This document shows, piece after piece, positions 21,101 through 29,402 of a stretch of DNA of 64,000 nucleotides. Numbering within the stretch: the stretch's first letter is position 1; each line of letters opens with the position of its first letter. Under the pieces are notes generated by a model that was given only the letters and a program-made list of their open reading frames with translations, was not told where the DNA came from and searched no databases. Source of the DNA: an uncultured delta proteobacterium (GTDB taxonomy: Bacteria > Myxococcota_A > Polyangia > Fen-1088); the NCBI GenBank assembly GCA_963737265.1, contig CAVTRY010000015.1, positions 96,001-160,000 of the forward strand, in the 5' to 3' direction. A program made the position numbers and the translations under genes.

Positions 21101-21871
21101 GTATAGAATCTCGAACGCATGGCCATCAAAGGGCAGCACCCCGGTCAGGGCCTCATACAAGATCACGCCAAAGCTGTACCAATCGGCCGCGGGCGTCGGC
21201 GGTTCGAACAAGGCCTGTTCTGGCGCCATGTAGGCGGGCGTGCCGGCTCCGAGAAACGTCGTCCGAGCCTCTCCCTCTGTCGCTAGGCCGAAGTCGAGAA
21301 TGACGACCCGACCCTCGGGTGTGACCAGTACGTTGGTCGGCTTGATGTCTCGGTGAACCTGGCCCGCGTTGTGGATGGCGGCCAGACCCTGGGCGAGTTG
21401 CGAGAACGTCTCACGCACGCAAGGCTCGTCGAGGGTACCGCGATCCTGGGGCGGTCTGTCCGGAACGGCCTGTCTGGGGCCTCGCATGGTTGCACCGTCT
21501 CGGTCGGGCCGACCAACCGACGGCACGTGCGCCGCACCCGCGATTCCACGCACGTGCGAAAGCAAATCCACGCCATGGACAAGCTCCATCGTGAAAAACC
21601 AACGCTCACCATCAGAAAAAAGATCCCCGAAACGCACGACGTTGGGATGGCGGATATTGGCCGCTGCACGGAACTCTTTCTTGAACCGGCGAAGAAGGTC
21701 GGGCTGCAGCCCGGGAAGCAGCTTGAGCGCTACGCGAAGGCCTAGCTCGCTGTCCTCCGCCTCGTAAACCACTCCCATGCTTCCTTGTCCGAGCAGACGA
21801 ACCAGGTGGAAACGCTCAGTCCCACGAAAACGGACCGCTCGGACTTCGCTAGGAACCTCACTTCGAAGCAT
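18155..21871 (-). CDS. Ser/Thr protein kinase fused to AAA ATPase and helical/TPR region
   Basis: LGQGSMGVVY, VALK, HRDIKPTNV, DFG, GTPAYMAPE; Walker A GEPGIGKT, Walker B IFVDDLQWAD. Confidence 0.92.
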   Translation of the reverse strand: MLRSEVPSEVRAVRFRGTERFHLVRLLGQGSMGVVYEAEDSELGLRVALKLLPGLQPDLLRRFKKEFRAAANIRHPNVVRFGDLFSDGERWFFTMELVHGVDLLSHVRGIAGAAHVPSVGRPDRDGATMRGPRQAVPDRPPQDRGTLDEPCVRETFSQLAQGLAAIHNAGQVHRDIKPTNVLVTPEGRVVILDFGLATEGEARTTFLGAGTPAYMAPEQALFEPPTPAADWYSFGVILYEALTGVLPFDGHAFEILYKKQHEVAVPVCQRDPEVPPELAELCEILLAREPDMRPDPSSILQALGAPGDPAWGARQARAGTSPLFGRSGPTATLRSAFSDAVGGDRVALLVTGEPGIGKTELCRQFLDALATEQGATVVASRCHEREFLPFKALDGVIDQLAHQVGQMSPGARAVLVPAIAPLLRHLFPALEQIPEVTVASAVEIPSDPHELRSRLLDGLREALAAITGASPMVIFVDDLQWADADSLAMFSALLADSRLPRMLFLGTCRGSGRASADWLDPSVRQIRIELPPLDRDATLALLQSVFSLERQATLELEPLAETTQGNALFVKELARYALAHDLKTSRLNLSDLLRDRVERAGTEARIVLDLVATVGAPVPELVVQTASEIEPRIFSRLVAELLRERLLHASGDLGRERIELCHEQLRVWLSSGLDPSRRRVLAERLAFAFRADGDPAQVAELWLEAGHDSKAASHLVATGERAMKALAFDRAAEHFEMALKVGTWDVKQRGNLLVQLANALACAGRGFAAAQQYLAAAAQGADAALSLELHRKASGELLRSGHFDKGMDVARTALAAAHMKMPRHPLPNLAWVRARLRWRGLRCRSGASAPPAAETAARIDLCWSLSSGIGLIDPIKGAYFQALSLLLALQAEDLPRVSRGLAGEAAWCVGRGQAGLARAHRLLAEASSIAEKLGDPYARGVTLLMAGVIAHLVGDFGRSREQLEVAEKVFTQKCAGAVWELDTVRQFLMEDLYYLGDLVSFQQLISIGLRQATDRGSLYAATNFRTGLANFVWLMRNDPVRSRIETDQAIERWSRQGFHVQHWYNLIAMVQTELYLGHGPAAYDLIGARWAELRRSGVFHIQHTRIAALHLRARAALAAAQQSSGKERPRYLKATRQLIARMQRQPDRWAVALALVTASGLAEVEGRAHAVKPSLVAAVRELQQNNLWLLAHAARVAGGRHLAGGPADLDPNAARAWMSERGIVNPDAISRVLAPGLE

Positions 21872-21937
21872 GGACTTCCTATGCCGGGTTGGGATCTCGC
21901 CGCTGGATCCAACTAGGGATCAATGCGCAGCTGTCGT

Positions 21938-22570
21938 TCACGTATCCGCAGCCGTGAGCCGCCCACGCAGCTCGAGCTGTTGGCCATTGATTAGATCGGC
22001 GGGTGAGGCGTAACACGGCAACTCAGGGGCCAGCGGAAAACCAGCCTTTCGGTAAGCCTCGGCCACCAGCTCCGAACAGAACCAGCGCTCGGGTTGCCTG
22101 AACGGCCGCCGCAAGCAAAAAATCACGGCAAGGGCAAACCGCACCAGACCAATCATGTCGTACGGGAGCGACAGTTGTTGGAATCCAAAGTCAATCGCCG
22201 TCTCGCGGGCCGGTTCGGATGCCGCCAGACCGCAGTAGAAGATGCCGTCCGGGTAGTGATCGAGCAGCCGCGATACAGGAGCCAGCCGCACCCCCTTGCC
22301 CACGGCCTCAAGACAGTAGACACGGTCGTGATAGCGATACAGGATTCCCGCGTGCGAGTACTCGCTGTGCGTGAAATTCCGGATGAGCCAGCTCAACAGA
22401 CCGCAGCCGCAAAACAAAAGCACGTCCCCGCTGCGCATCGAGGCGCGGATTCCTTTCGCCTGTCCCGCGAAGTGCTCAAGGGGCTTCTCACCCGCGCTCG
22501 CGATGAGCGCACGTGCCTGCTTCCCAGCCTCGCGTCGAAGCCTTCGACGTTCCCTGAGTCCACCTTGCAT
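21938..22570 (-). CDS. Permuted papain-like NlpC/P60 enzyme (YiiX/YebB-like)
   Basis: GDVLLF, YSHAGI (His before Cys), EAV, PYD, WFCSELVAEAY, SPADL. Confidence 0.85.
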   Translation of the reverse strand: MQGGLRERRRLRREAGKQARALIASAGEKPLEHFAGQAKGIRASMRSGDVLLFCGCGLLSWLIRNFTHSEYSHAGILYRYHDRVYCLEAVGKGVRLAPVSRLLDHYPDGIFYCGLAASEPARETAIDFGFQQLSLPYDMIGLVRFALAVIFCLRRPFRQPERWFCSELVAEAYRKAGFPLAPELPCYASPADLINGQQLELRGRLTAADT

Positions 22571-22744
22571 GCGCGAAACCTACCGCTGTCCTGGCCCGGT
22601 GTGAAGCCCCTTCATTTTCCACCCGTGGTGTCCGGAAAGTTATCGCTGAACCCCGCGCCATGGACATCATGACGCGACAACAAGGCCGTTGGGCGCGGAG
22701 AGCCATTAGCGAATGGCGAAGAGTAGCGGCATGGTCAGGAACCG

Positions 22745-22951
22745 TCAGCCGGCGAGTAGCAGGCGCCGCGGCTCGGGTTTCGCGTCGGAGGTGTGGGCCG
22801 CGGTCAGAAGCCCGAGCGCGGCGTCGAAGTGGTGGCGCGTGATGGCGACGCCATCGTTCGCTTCGCCAGTGCCAACAGCGTCCTTGACGCAACACATGGC
22901 GGCTCGCTGGCAGAAATACGCGATGTCCGCGCCGGTCATGCCCTGGACCAT
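22745..22951 (-). pseudogene. C-terminal lid fragment of an AAA+ ATPase (Cdc48/FtsH-type)
   Basis: GMTGADIAYFCQRAAM...ITRHHFDAAL; no Walker motifs upstream. Confidence 0.65.
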
Positions 22952-23209
22952 CTGGCCTCGGATTCAGACTACCAGCACCGGTTTTGCAAAAATTTCTCTT
23001 GCAATTCTCTCGGTTTCGATCCACGAAGCCCTGCTGCCGGTCTGTCGGTCTATGAGAGTGGTTTGCTCTTCCTGAACGGCGGGGCCGCGGCACCGAAGGT
23101 CGGCGAAGCTGCCGACGATGGAAGAATCTATTCGGTGGTCGAGCCCTTGGAGAAGGGCATCGTCTTCTACGAGACGAACTAGCGAGGTGTCCCTCCACCC
23201 ACGCGCAGC

Positions 23210-24379
23210 CTAGCTAACAAAGGCGCGCGGTAACGCCAGGGCATACTCGATCGCGGGGGGAATCTTCTCGGGGGGAAGGCCGCGCCAGTAGACGTGCCAG
23301 TCGGGGAAGCGAACCAGACCGTCGCATTGTTTGGCGTACCAGGGGACGATGGGGTTGGTCGGGCGGGCGCGCCAGAAGAAGACGGGGAAGTCGCGCTCGA
23401 TCATCGACCAGAGCTCTCCGCCGATGCCTTCGCCTTGCGCCGGGCGCTCGACGGCGAACTTGCTCAAATAGGGCGCGACGTCGGTGTTGGCGAGCAGGGC
23501 GGCGCCGCGGTAGTTCTCTTCCAGGTAGACGTGCTCGGCCTGGGCCGCGACCAGGCCGCCGTCCTCCAAGGCGCCCGGCATGAGCGCGCGGCCGAAGGCA
23601 GATTCGAGCAGGTCGTTCAGGCGCTTGCGGTCGACCGCGCCGAGGCCGCCGAGCTTGTCGATGCGCGATCCCTTGCGAATGAGCGTGCCGGCGCCGTTCA
23701 CGGTGAAGAGCTCGCGCAGCAGATGCAGCGGGTTGGCCACGGCCACGCTCATGCGTTGGGGCACTTGATCGAGCAACGTCTTCACGTGGCGCAGGAGCGA
23801 AGCATGGCGGCGGGGCAGGTCGCTGGTGGCGAGCAAGCGCTCGTAGTCAGTGGTCAAGTTCACCAGCGAGATGCGCGGCGCCCCTTCGCGTTCGATGCCC
23901 GAGCTGGTGGAAAGAAAAATCACCTTGCGGGTTTCGAGGCTGGTGGCGAGCGAGCGCAGCAGGCGAAAGCGGTCGTCGATGGCCAGCTCCTTGGCGGCGT
24001 CGAGCGACACGATGGGAATAGTGTTTTCCTCCAGCGTCTGGCGCACGCTGGTTTGGATTTCTTGCGGCAGATCCGTTCCCGAACCAATGACCTTGGCGGG
24101 GACTTGGTCTTCGAGCAGCCATTCCAGGATGTGCTGCGACTGCTTGTCGGCGTCGCGCGCGTCGAGCAGACCGACCAGGACCACGGGGTAGAGGCCAAGC
24201 CCGGCCAGGATGCGCAGGTCGAAGTGAAAGGGATCGAGCGCGGCGCGGACGATTTGCGCGTCGGCCACGATGATGGCGAAGCTCTCCTTGCGCTGCGAGC
24301 GGAAGAGCTTGAGGTAGAGATCGACGTCGGCTTTCTGGCCGACGCTTTCGAGGAAGCGTTGGAGGATTTCGGGATCCAT
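23210..24379 (-). CDS. N-acetylglutamate synthase/kinase-like protein (AAK domain + DUF619 NAT domain)
   Basis: LLRELFT..GAGTLIRKG, YLSKFAV...AQGEGIG, FWRAR..NP; coupled to argE. Confidence 0.85.
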   Translation of the reverse strand: MDPEILQRFLESVGQKADVDLYLKLFRSQRKESFAIIVADAQIVRAALDPFHFDLRILAGLGLYPVVLVGLLDARDADKQSQHILEWLLEDQVPAKVIGSGTDLPQEIQTSVRQTLEENTIPIVSLDAAKELAIDDRFRLLRSLATSLETRKVIFLSTSSGIEREGAPRISLVNLTTDYERLLATSDLPRRHASLLRHVKTLLDQVPQRMSVAVANPLHLLRELFTVNGAGTLIRKGSRIDKLGGLGAVDRKRLNDLLESAFGRALMPGALEDGGLVAAQAEHVYLEENYRGAALLANTDVAPYLSKFAVERPAQGEGIGGELWSMIERDFPVFFWRARPTNPIVPWYAKQCDGLVRFPDWHVYWRGLPPEKIPPAIEYALALPRAFVS

Positions 24380-25488
24380 CAGGTCATTACCTGAAGAAAC
24401 ATTCGCACAGCATCCTCGAGCTCGTCGAGATCAACATATTCGTCCGCCTTGTGGGCCTGTTCGATGTGGCCGGGACCGAATACCACGGCGTCGATGCCGT
24501 TTTCCACGAACTGGCCGGCCTCGGTGCCGAAGGGAAGATCGACGGTGGTCTGCGCGCGTTCGCCCAGCAGCGAGACGAAAGGCGAAATGTCGCGGGTTTC
24601 AAAGGCAGGATTGAAGGCGATGGTCTCCCACTCGGTGGCCAGCGGCGCCGCCGCCCCGCGAACCACCTCTTCCGCGCGCGATAGAATCGCGCGGTGGTCG
24701 ACGCCGGGCGCGGGACGGATGGAAAAAGTCAGTGTGGCCCGCGCGGGAATGATGTTGAAGGCCATGCCGCCGTCGAGCGCGGCCACGTTCATGCAAAGCC
24801 CGCGCAAGCCCTCGGGACCGAGCTCGCGCAGTAGGCCTCCCAATTCGTCGAGGGCAACCGCCGCGCGCGCCAGAGCCGCGAGTGGATTGGGCACGCTGTC
24901 GGCAAGCGACGAATGTCCGCCGGGGGCGCTCGCGCTGATGCGTGCGGCGTTGACGCCGCGATGGCGGACGCCGACGTGGCAGCCGGTGGGCTCGCACACT
25001 ATGGCGCGCGCGAGCCCGCGGGTTCGCGCGCTGGCCAGGAAATCGCGGATGCACGCGCCGCCGAGCTCTTCGTCGCCCGAGAACAACACGGCGAGATTGG
25101 GCGGCGTCTGTCCTGCGGCTTTCCGCCGCGCGAGCGCCTCGATGATGGCCGCGATGGCGCCCTTGGTGTCGGCGCTGCCGAGACCGTGCAGCCGTCGGCC
25201 GCGTCGGACGAGCGTGAGCGGATCGGTGCTGTAGCCGGCGTTGACGGGCACGGTGTCGATGTGGGCGTTCAGGAGTAGGGCCGGCGCGTCGGTCGCGAAC
25301 CGCGCGAACGTGGACCAGTGTCCGGCCGCGGAAAATGTCTCGACCGAGCGGGCGCCGACGCGGGCCAGCTCGCGCGCAAGCTCTTCCGCCAGCGGGCGTT
25401 CGTTTCCGCTCGGGTTGCGCGTGTCGAAGGCAACCAGCTCGGCCAGACGTCGTTCAACGCGGTCGCTGTCGTGCATGCGCAATTGCAT
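24379..25488 (-). CDS. argE: Acetylornithine deacetylase (M20 family)
   Basis: NAHIDTVP, GLGSADTKG, DEE, CEPT, GTEAG, AHKADE; next to an arginine-pathway gene. Confidence 0.85.
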   Translation of the reverse strand: MQLRMHDSDRVERRLAELVAFDTRNPSGNERPLAEELARELARVGARSVETFSAAGHWSTFARFATDAPALLLNAHIDTVPVNAGYSTDPLTLVRRGRRLHGLGSADTKGAIAAIIEALARRKAAGQTPPNLAVLFSGDEELGGACIRDFLASARTRGLARAIVCEPTGCHVGVRHRGVNAARISASAPGGHSSLADSVPNPLAALARAAVALDELGGLLRELGPEGLRGLCMNVAALDGGMAFNIIPARATLTFSIRPAPGVDHRAILSRAEEVVRGAAAPLATEWETIAFNPAFETRDISPFVSLLGERAQTTVDLPFGTEAGQFVENGIDAVVFGPGHIEQAHKADEYVDLDELEDAVRMFLQVMT

Positions 25489-25767
25489 TTACCACGGTCT
25501 TGACCACGGTGGTCGCGCGGTTCATGCTTTTCCCTGGGCCTTCTGCACGGTTCGACACCCGGACGAAGTTTCTTTTCCCTACAAGCAAAAAATTGGGAGC
25601 CGCCTCCGACCGATGGAATGAGCACGCCCGCTAGAGTCGGGAAGCCCGATGCGGTCAATCAAGTGGTTCCCCCCTACCATGGTAGGGGTCAGGACTCATC
25701 CGAACGGCCGAGGCGGAAGGTCCGCTATTCATAGCGCGTGCTTCGCCCGCAACCCAGCCGCTGACAT

Positions 25768-26949
25768 CTAGAAGGCCGGTTGATAGAAGGCGGAGGCGGG
25801 GCGCGCGAAGAGGAAGCCCTGGAAGAGATCGCAGCCGAGCTCGCAAAGGACGTCGCGCTCGGCGACGGTTTCCACACCCTCGGCCACCAGAAGCATTTCC
25901 ATTTCGCGACACAGGGAGGTCACCGACGCGACCAGGCGGCGCTTGACCGCGCTGCCCTCGATGCCGCGCACGAGGTTCATGTCGAGCTTCACGATGTCGG
26001 GATCGAGGATGGCGAAGCTGGTGAGGCCTGCATAGCCCGCGCCGAGATCGTCGACGGCAATGCGGAAGCCGAACTGGCGCAGCTCCGCCACGCGCTCGCG
26101 CACCTCCTCCAGGCTGGACAGCGGCGCGCGTTCGGTGATTTCGAGCACCACCCGATCGGCCATGGCCATGAGGGGCGAGTCAGGATCGGTGAGCTCGGGA
26201 TCGAGCAAATCGTAGGGATGCAGGTTGACGAAGAGCAACCATTCCTGGTTCATAAGAATGCGCCGATGAGCGGCGAAGGCGCGTACCGCACGGCCCAGCT
26301 TGCGGGTGGCACCCAAACGCTCGGCCGCGTCGATCATGTCGGTTGGGTTGGGAAGCGTGGGCTCGGAGCTGCGCAGCAATGCCTCGTAGCCCAAGATGGA
26401 CTTCGCGGACAGCGAGACGATGGGCTGGAATGCCATGCCAAACGAAGCGAGCGCCCGCGCAAAGCTGGCCTCGAGCCCGGCTCGGTCCGAAGGCCCCGGG
26501 ATACCGCCAATGCTGAGTGCCTCGCGTTTGAGACGCGCCAAGCGGTAAAGCTGCGTGGCCTGAACAACCGTTTCGCGCAGTCCATTGAGCTCGAAGGGTT
26601 TGGTCAGATAGCGAAACACTCCGTATTCGATGGCCTCGGCCGCGCCTTCCCAAGACGGCTGCCCGGTGACGAGCAGGACGGGAAGATCGGCGTCGTACTC
26701 GCGGATCGCGCGCAAAAGCTCGAGCCCCGTCATACCCGGCATGTTGATGTCGCTGATCACCGCCGCGAATCCGCCCTGCTGGATCTCCGCCACGGCCTCC
26801 GCGCCGCTGGAACAGGCGATAACATCGAACGACTCTCCGAGCACGCGGGCGAGCAAGCCCAAAACGACGGGCTCGTCGTCCACCACCAAAATTGCCGTCC
26901 GCCGTCCCGCTTCCCCGAGTGCGCCGACCACATCGATTTTCTGACCCAT
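25768..26949 (-). CDS. Response regulator with EAL c-di-GMP phosphodiesterase domain
   Basis: VVDDE, DINMPGMTG, KP; YEALLR, FVN, EITE, DDLGAGY, KLD, AEGVET, QGFLF. Confidence 0.92.
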   Translation of the reverse strand: MGQKIDVVGALGEAGRRTAILVVDDEPVVLGLLARVLGESFDVIACSSGAEAVAEIQQGGFAAVISDINMPGMTGLELLRAIREYDADLPVLLVTGQPSWEGAAEAIEYGVFRYLTKPFELNGLRETVVQATQLYRLARLKREALSIGGIPGPSDRAGLEASFARALASFGMAFQPIVSLSAKSILGYEALLRSSEPTLPNPTDMIDAAERLGATRKLGRAVRAFAAHRRILMNQEWLLFVNLHPYDLLDPELTDPDSPLMAMADRVVLEITERAPLSSLEEVRERVAELRQFGFRIAVDDLGAGYAGLTSFAILDPDIVKLDMNLVRGIEGSAVKRRLVASVTSLCREMEMLLVAEGVETVAERDVLCELGCDLFQGFLFARPASAFYQPAF

Positions 26950-27139
26950 GCATTCACCCAGACAGGACCGCGCCCGTTTCTTTTCGATGGTTAAGTGTGT
27001 GCATGGATCGGCGACATCGCCAGCGGCAAGAGCGATGCGACTGCGCGTCACGCCCAATCGGTGACGCGGCCGCGAGTCGATTTTTTTGAGGGCTCGCAGT
27101 ACATCCGGGGATCGCGATGTGCCCAGCTTGGAACCGACG

Positions 27140-27314
27140 AGGTGTGGCGATAGGCGCGCAGAAAAGATTCCTGCGCCAAATCCTCGGCCGTCGGGCCGGC
27201 GAAGCCCAGCAGTCCCAGGAAACGAAACACCGGGCGTTCGTGCCGCAGGACCAGAAGGCGAAAGGCATCGCGATTTCCCGCAAGCGTCTGGCGTATGAGG
27301 AAGGCGTCATCCAT
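27140..27314 (-). pseudogene. ECF sigma factor N-terminal (region 2) fragment
   Basis: MDDAFLIRQTLAGNRDAFRLLV.RH...AEDLAQESFLRAYR, then similarity stops. Confidence 0.7.
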
Positions 27315-27429
27315 CGCAGTCTGTCTTGTTATACCGGCCAGCACGCGAAAGGTTCCCCAAGCGGTCGCACAGGCGAGCAGTTCGGTTCTCGCCTTGCCCG
27401 TGCTAGGACTGGCCTGTCTGGGATTCCCC

Positions 27430-27912
27430 ATGCGCAAGATTCGAGTCTCCTCGGTGCTGCCGGTCTCGTATCGCAACGAGCTGGAGCGAATTGTGTTCTT
27501 CAACCAGGAGCAGAATCTGGTCGCCGCGCCGCTGGTCGATTCCGTTCACCGCTACGGCGTGCCGACGATTGTCGGCGAGAACGGCTGCCTGCGCTTCCGC
27601 GTGAGCGCCTTTGGCCGACTGCAGAGCCTCTACGCGTTCGACGACATGACCGCGCCGGCGCGACTCGTCGGCGTGGCCATGTTCGTCCGGGATGCGCCCC
27701 CGAGCATCGTCGTTCTCCACCTGGCGGCCCATGAAGACTACACCGCCCGCGGCAAATGGGCGCACGCATCGGTGGTGGTCCAACTCCTCGCCGCGATTCG
27801 CAGCGCCTGCCTGTGTACGCGCGGAATCGAGACTCTCACAGTCCTTTATCCGCACGAGATCAGGTTGCGACTACGGTCGACGGTTCCCGCGTCCGCTGCC
27901 GTCGGCGGATGA
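27430..27912 (+). CDS. Hypothetical protein (possible GNAT-like fold)
   Basis: Coding-like ORF; alpha/beta pattern with LHLAAHEDY..RG; fold guess is weak. Confidence 0.5.
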   Translation: MRKIRVSSVLPVSYRNELERIVFFNQEQNLVAAPLVDSVHRYGVPTIVGENGCLRFRVSAFGRLQSLYAFDDMTAPARLVGVAMFVRDAPPSIVVLHLAAHEDYTARGKWAHASVVVQLLAAIRSACLCTRGIETLTVLYPHEIRLRLRSTVPASAAVGG

Positions 27913-27930
27913 ACGAAACAGCAACTTTTC

Positions 27931-27971
27931 TTGACACGTGACAGATGTTCCGTACCATACGTATGTTCAGT
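27931..27971 (+). promoter_or_regulatory. sigma70-type lexA promoter with candidate LexA box
   Basis: TTGACA (27931)-N16-TACCAT (27953); CCATACGTATGTTCAG (27955-27970) resembles the Myxococcus LexA consensus CTRHAMRYBYGTTCAGS. Confidence 0.6.
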
Positions 27972-27991
27972 AACTGAGCATAGGAGCAGGC

Positions 27992-28642
27992 ATGGGCCAG
28001 TTGACCATCGTGCGTGACGAAGAATCAGCCAGCGAGCTCACGGACAGGCAGCGTGAGGTGCTGGACTTCATCAGCGAATCCATCAAAATGAGTGGCTACC
28101 CGCCAACCCTGCGCGAGATCGGCAGCCATTTCGGCATTCGATCGACCAACGGGGTGAACGATCACCTGCGCGCGCTGGAAAAGAAGGGCTACCTGCATCG
28201 CGAGGACCTAAAGTCGCGCGCCCTGCGCCCGCTGTTCACCGAGGACAATGTGGTCGAGGTGCCGGTGCTTGGGCGGGTTGCGGCAGGGCAGCCCATGCTG
28301 GCCGTGCCCAACTACGAGGACACGGTCAAGATCGATCGTTTCTTCATCGGCCAGAACCGCGAGGTGTTTGCGCTGCGGGTGAAGGGCGAATCGATGATCG
28401 AGGCTGGCATCTTTGACGGCGACTATGTTTTCGTTCGCAAGCAGCTGAAGGCGGCGTCGGGCGAGGTGGTGGTGGCCATGATCGAGGACGAAGCCACGGT
28501 CAAGCGCTACTACCCGGAAGGCGACACCATCCGCTTTCAGCCCGCCAACGCCGCCATGAAACCCATCCTGGTGCGCAAGCGCGATTTCCGTAGTGTGGAT
28601 TTGCTAGGCGTCGTCATCGGCGTCTATCGCAAGCTCGGGTAG
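27992..28642 (+). CDS. lexA: LexA repressor
   Basis: [28 protein letters not shown] cleavage site, GESM, ATVKR. Confidence 0.96.
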   Translation: MGQLTIVRDEESASELTDRQREVLDFISESIKMSGYPPTLREIGSHFGIRSTNGVNDHLRALEKKGYLHREDLKSRALRPLFTEDNVVEVPVLGRVAAGQPMLAVPNYEDTVKIDRFFIGQNREVFALRVKGESMIEAGIFDGDYVFVRKQLKAASGEVVVAMIEDEATVKRYYPEGDTIRFQPANAAMKPILVRKRDFRSVDLLGVVIGVYRKLG

Positions 28643-29389
28643 CGGGCGCGCCGAAATTTCGTCGCCGCCTGGCGTGCGCGATTCGCCCATGTGAAAGTGG
28701 CGATGGAAAACCGAGTGCCCGAGGTAGATGAGCGGCGTCAGGAGGACCGCCATGACCAGCTTGCCGACGTAGTTGTCGGCCGCGTTGGACAGAATGAACC
28801 CGAGCGGCCGGGTGCCGACCAGGAAGACGAAGCTCACCGACACGCTGTCGATGGCTTGCGAGACCACGGTCGATCCGGTCGAGCGCAACCATAGCAACTT
28901 GTGGCCAGTCAGCCGGCGCAGAACCTGGAAGATAGAAATGTCGAGCAGCTGACCAATGATGTAGGCAGTCAGGGAGGCAACATAAAGTCGGGACGAGGTC
29001 CCGAACGCGCCTCGAAAGACGGTGTCGGAGATAGGGGAATCGGCGACGGTCGGCAGGGCCAGCGCCAAGTTGATAACGGCCCACACGAAGACCGCCGCCA
29101 CCAGCCCAGCATAGGTCAGGCGGCGCGCCCCCTGCGTGCCGTAGAACTCGTTGACCACGTCGGTAAGGACGAAGGTCAGCGGAAACGGAATGATGCCTGC
29201 TGAAAAGCTGCGGCCAGCGAACACGAAGAACTTACCGCCGACAAAATCCCCGGCCACAAGGGCCGCGACGAAGAGGGCCGTGAGGAAGATGTAAACGCGT
29301 TGTTTTCGGTCCAAACCAACCTCGAAGTTGGCGTCGGGCTTCGGTTGATCCGGCGCCGTCGTCCCAACTCTGTCCCCAAATCGGGACAA
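28604..29389 (-). CDS. Queuosine precursor transporter (YhhQ/VUT family)
   Basis: [46 protein letters not shown]; start uncertain; overlaps the lexA 3' end convergently. Confidence 0.85.
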   Translation of the reverse strand: MSRFGDRVGTTAPDQPKPDANFEVGLDRKQRVYIFLTALFVAALVAGDFVGGKFFVFAGRSFSAGIIPFPLTFVLTDVVNEFYGTQGARRLTYAGLVAAVFVWAVINLALALPTVADSPISDTVFRGAFGTSSRLYVASLTAYIIGQLLDISIFQVLRRLTGHKLLWLRSTGSTVVSQAIDSVSVSFVFLVGTRPLGFILSNAADNYVGKLVMAVLLTPLIYLGHSVFHRHFHMGESRTPGGDEISARPLPELAIDADDDA

Positions 29390-29402
29390 ACGCCAGCCGC
29401 TT

